A stretch of DNA of 59,813 nt, filler included, from Asterionella formosa (lineage: Eukaryota): NCBI GenBank assembly GCA_002256025.1. It is 6 parts of 6 records of this genome, joined end to end, with 100 filler letters (N's around TTAATTAATTAA, not from the genome) between each part and the next. Parts side by side here need not be neighbours in the genome. Positions count along the whole stretch, not along the records: positions 49,951 to 59,813 come from NKIB01010131.1; 5 more parts are not named here. One strand, given 5' to 3'. Positions within the stretch are counted from its first letter, which is position 1. The number at the start of each line of letters is the position of its first letter. Of this stretch, positions 58,418 to 59,813 are shown in pieces. The notes beneath the pieces were generated by a model that saw only the letters and a list, made by a program, of their open reading frames with translations, was not told the origin of the DNA and did no database searches. Both the position numbers and the translations under genes were made by a program.

Positions 58418-59086
58418 TTACCTGAATCGTCTCAAGCGGTTAGTATTGTCCAACTGAGACGCCTCCACTTCTGACGATGTTTTCGTCGCCAAGGGCCTAC
58501 TAATAGTAGAATTTGCTGTGTCTTTTCTCGCCAATTGCAAGCAATTCCCAAATAACGTGACAACCAATGGCTGAATCGCCGCCAGTTCCAAGGAGGATAT
58601 CCCAGTGACATCAATGATTGGCAATGTCGATGTCGTACTTCCCAACTCTTCTGACAGGGCGTGCAAATTGGTTCTAATCTTGTCCATTCGAACTGTACTT
58701 ATATCGTTGAGAAGCAATAGAATAGCATCCTTGTCTTCCAAGTCGGTGGTGCTCATTGCTCGGAACACTTCAAGGTGGTAGTAGGGAAGTTTGGTACTGA
58801 ATGGATGGAGCGTTTGCTCCTCCACGAGAATTCGTTTCAATGACTCGACGGTCATCCACTGTGGGGGAACGATGGTACACAAGTTCCTCTCTTGAAGCAA
58901 CATTCCCATCCACAGGGGGACGGCGACATGTATCCCAGCGGTAAAGGGCCCGACCGATTCCCGTGACAAGAGCTGTAGTGGCTTTCGCAACGTAAATGTG
59001 GGAATCACCACGACAGATTCGTCTCCGGCCAGAAATGAGCTGTTGGCATGGCGCATCAAGTCGGCAGGAAAGATTTGGGTGGTCAT
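58418..59086 (-). CDS. PSF2: GINS complex subunit Psf2
   Basis: FLAGDESVVVIPTF, VGPFTAG, VPLWMGMLLQERNLCTIVPPQWM, LPYYHLEV, DISTVRMDKIR, ISSLELAAI. Confidence 0.9.
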   Translation of the reverse strand: MTTQIFPADLMRHANSSFLAGDESVVVIPTFTLRKPLQLLSRESVGPFTAGIHVAVPLWMGMLLQERNLCTIVPPQWMTVESLKRILVEEQTLHPFSTKLPYYHLEVFRAMSTTDLEDKDAILLLLNDISTVRMDKIRTNLHALSEELGSTTSTLPIIDVTGISSLELAAIQPLVVTLFGNCLQLARKDTANSTISRPLATKTSSEVEASQLDNTNRLRRFR

Positions 59087-59813
59087 CTCCTTGGAGTGTT
59101 GATGAAAAAGGCGACCAGAGACAGTAAAACCCAACACTATAATTGCTTTCGCTTTCTTTCAATGTTCGTCTGCAAAAGGCATAATTATTACTCCCAGTAC
59201 ACCACTTATGTATTATACGTATGTACAAATAATATTATTTACATACCGGTATGCTGTATCACAAGTTTTAATCCTGTAGTAAAACAGCTAATTATAATAT
59301 ATATATTTATTCACATTTAAAAAGACCGGAATGTCTTTTGTCTTTTGGCGCGCAACAACAAAAAAAATCGAATCACTCGACTGCTTTCGTTTCTTTTCCT
59401 GCACGCCGGCGAACCACCGTTGGTACCGGTAGCTACATAACATATGAGTGTGTCGTCTCATAGGCACGTATGTACATATGAACCGGTATGTATATCGTCC
59501 ATTATTTTCTTTTTAAACAATGGTGTCAATGGTTGCGAACTCCTTTCATATCGCCTGTGCTACCGGTATTACCAGGATGTCTGATGTACTGAGTACATGA
59601 TACAAAGGGTAAGCATAGGAGTATATATGTAGCAATCAACGCTGGGAAATGTAACCGGTAATAGAGTACCGGTATTGCTTCCGGTGAATTATTAATTATT
59701 CAGATAATGAGTACGGTATCAGTGTCTGAAATATGTTGACTCGACGATGGTTCCTTTTAAATGCCAGCCGTTTGGTTCGCCGACACCTGCCAGTAGTGCA
59801 TTGCCACTATACT

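Overview
Eukaryotic nuclear DNA, most likely from a diatom. This is an inference from short GT-AG introns, bipartite plastid-targeting presequences, a cyclase-phosphodiesterase fusion and the transposon repertoire. The window is not one locus. It is six scaffolds (1-9914, 10015-19918, 20019-29915, 30016-39885, 39986-49850, 49951-59813; lengths 9914>9904>9897>9870>9865>9863) joined by identical artificial N44-TTAATTAATTAA-N44 linkers, so neighbourhoods across linkers are meaningless. Host genes: two GT77/XEG113-like glycosyltransferase paralogs (one frameshifted), FMO, lipoate-protein ligase, mitochondrial L12, DUF1415, an MDR oxidoreductase, YqgE/AlgH (DUF179), an orphan ORF, the 3' part of a CBP/p300 acetyltransferase, a small ER protein, S6 kinase, cytosolic SHMT, a 4-exon cyclase-PDE fusion and GINS Psf2. 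Mobile DNA: a decayed PIF/Harbinger element, Plavaka transposase copies, pogo-like remnants, a copia LTR with gag start, a 3.2 kb long-TIR element carrying a Crypton-type recombinase fragment, and a tRNA-derived SINE-like repeat. The most striking unexplained signal is dense clustering of TACCGGTA/TACCWGGTA/GGTACC palindromes upstream of most host genes. I found no clearly new multi-gene system; the candidates below are ranked hypotheses. All family assignments are from motif recognition by eye, not from database searches.
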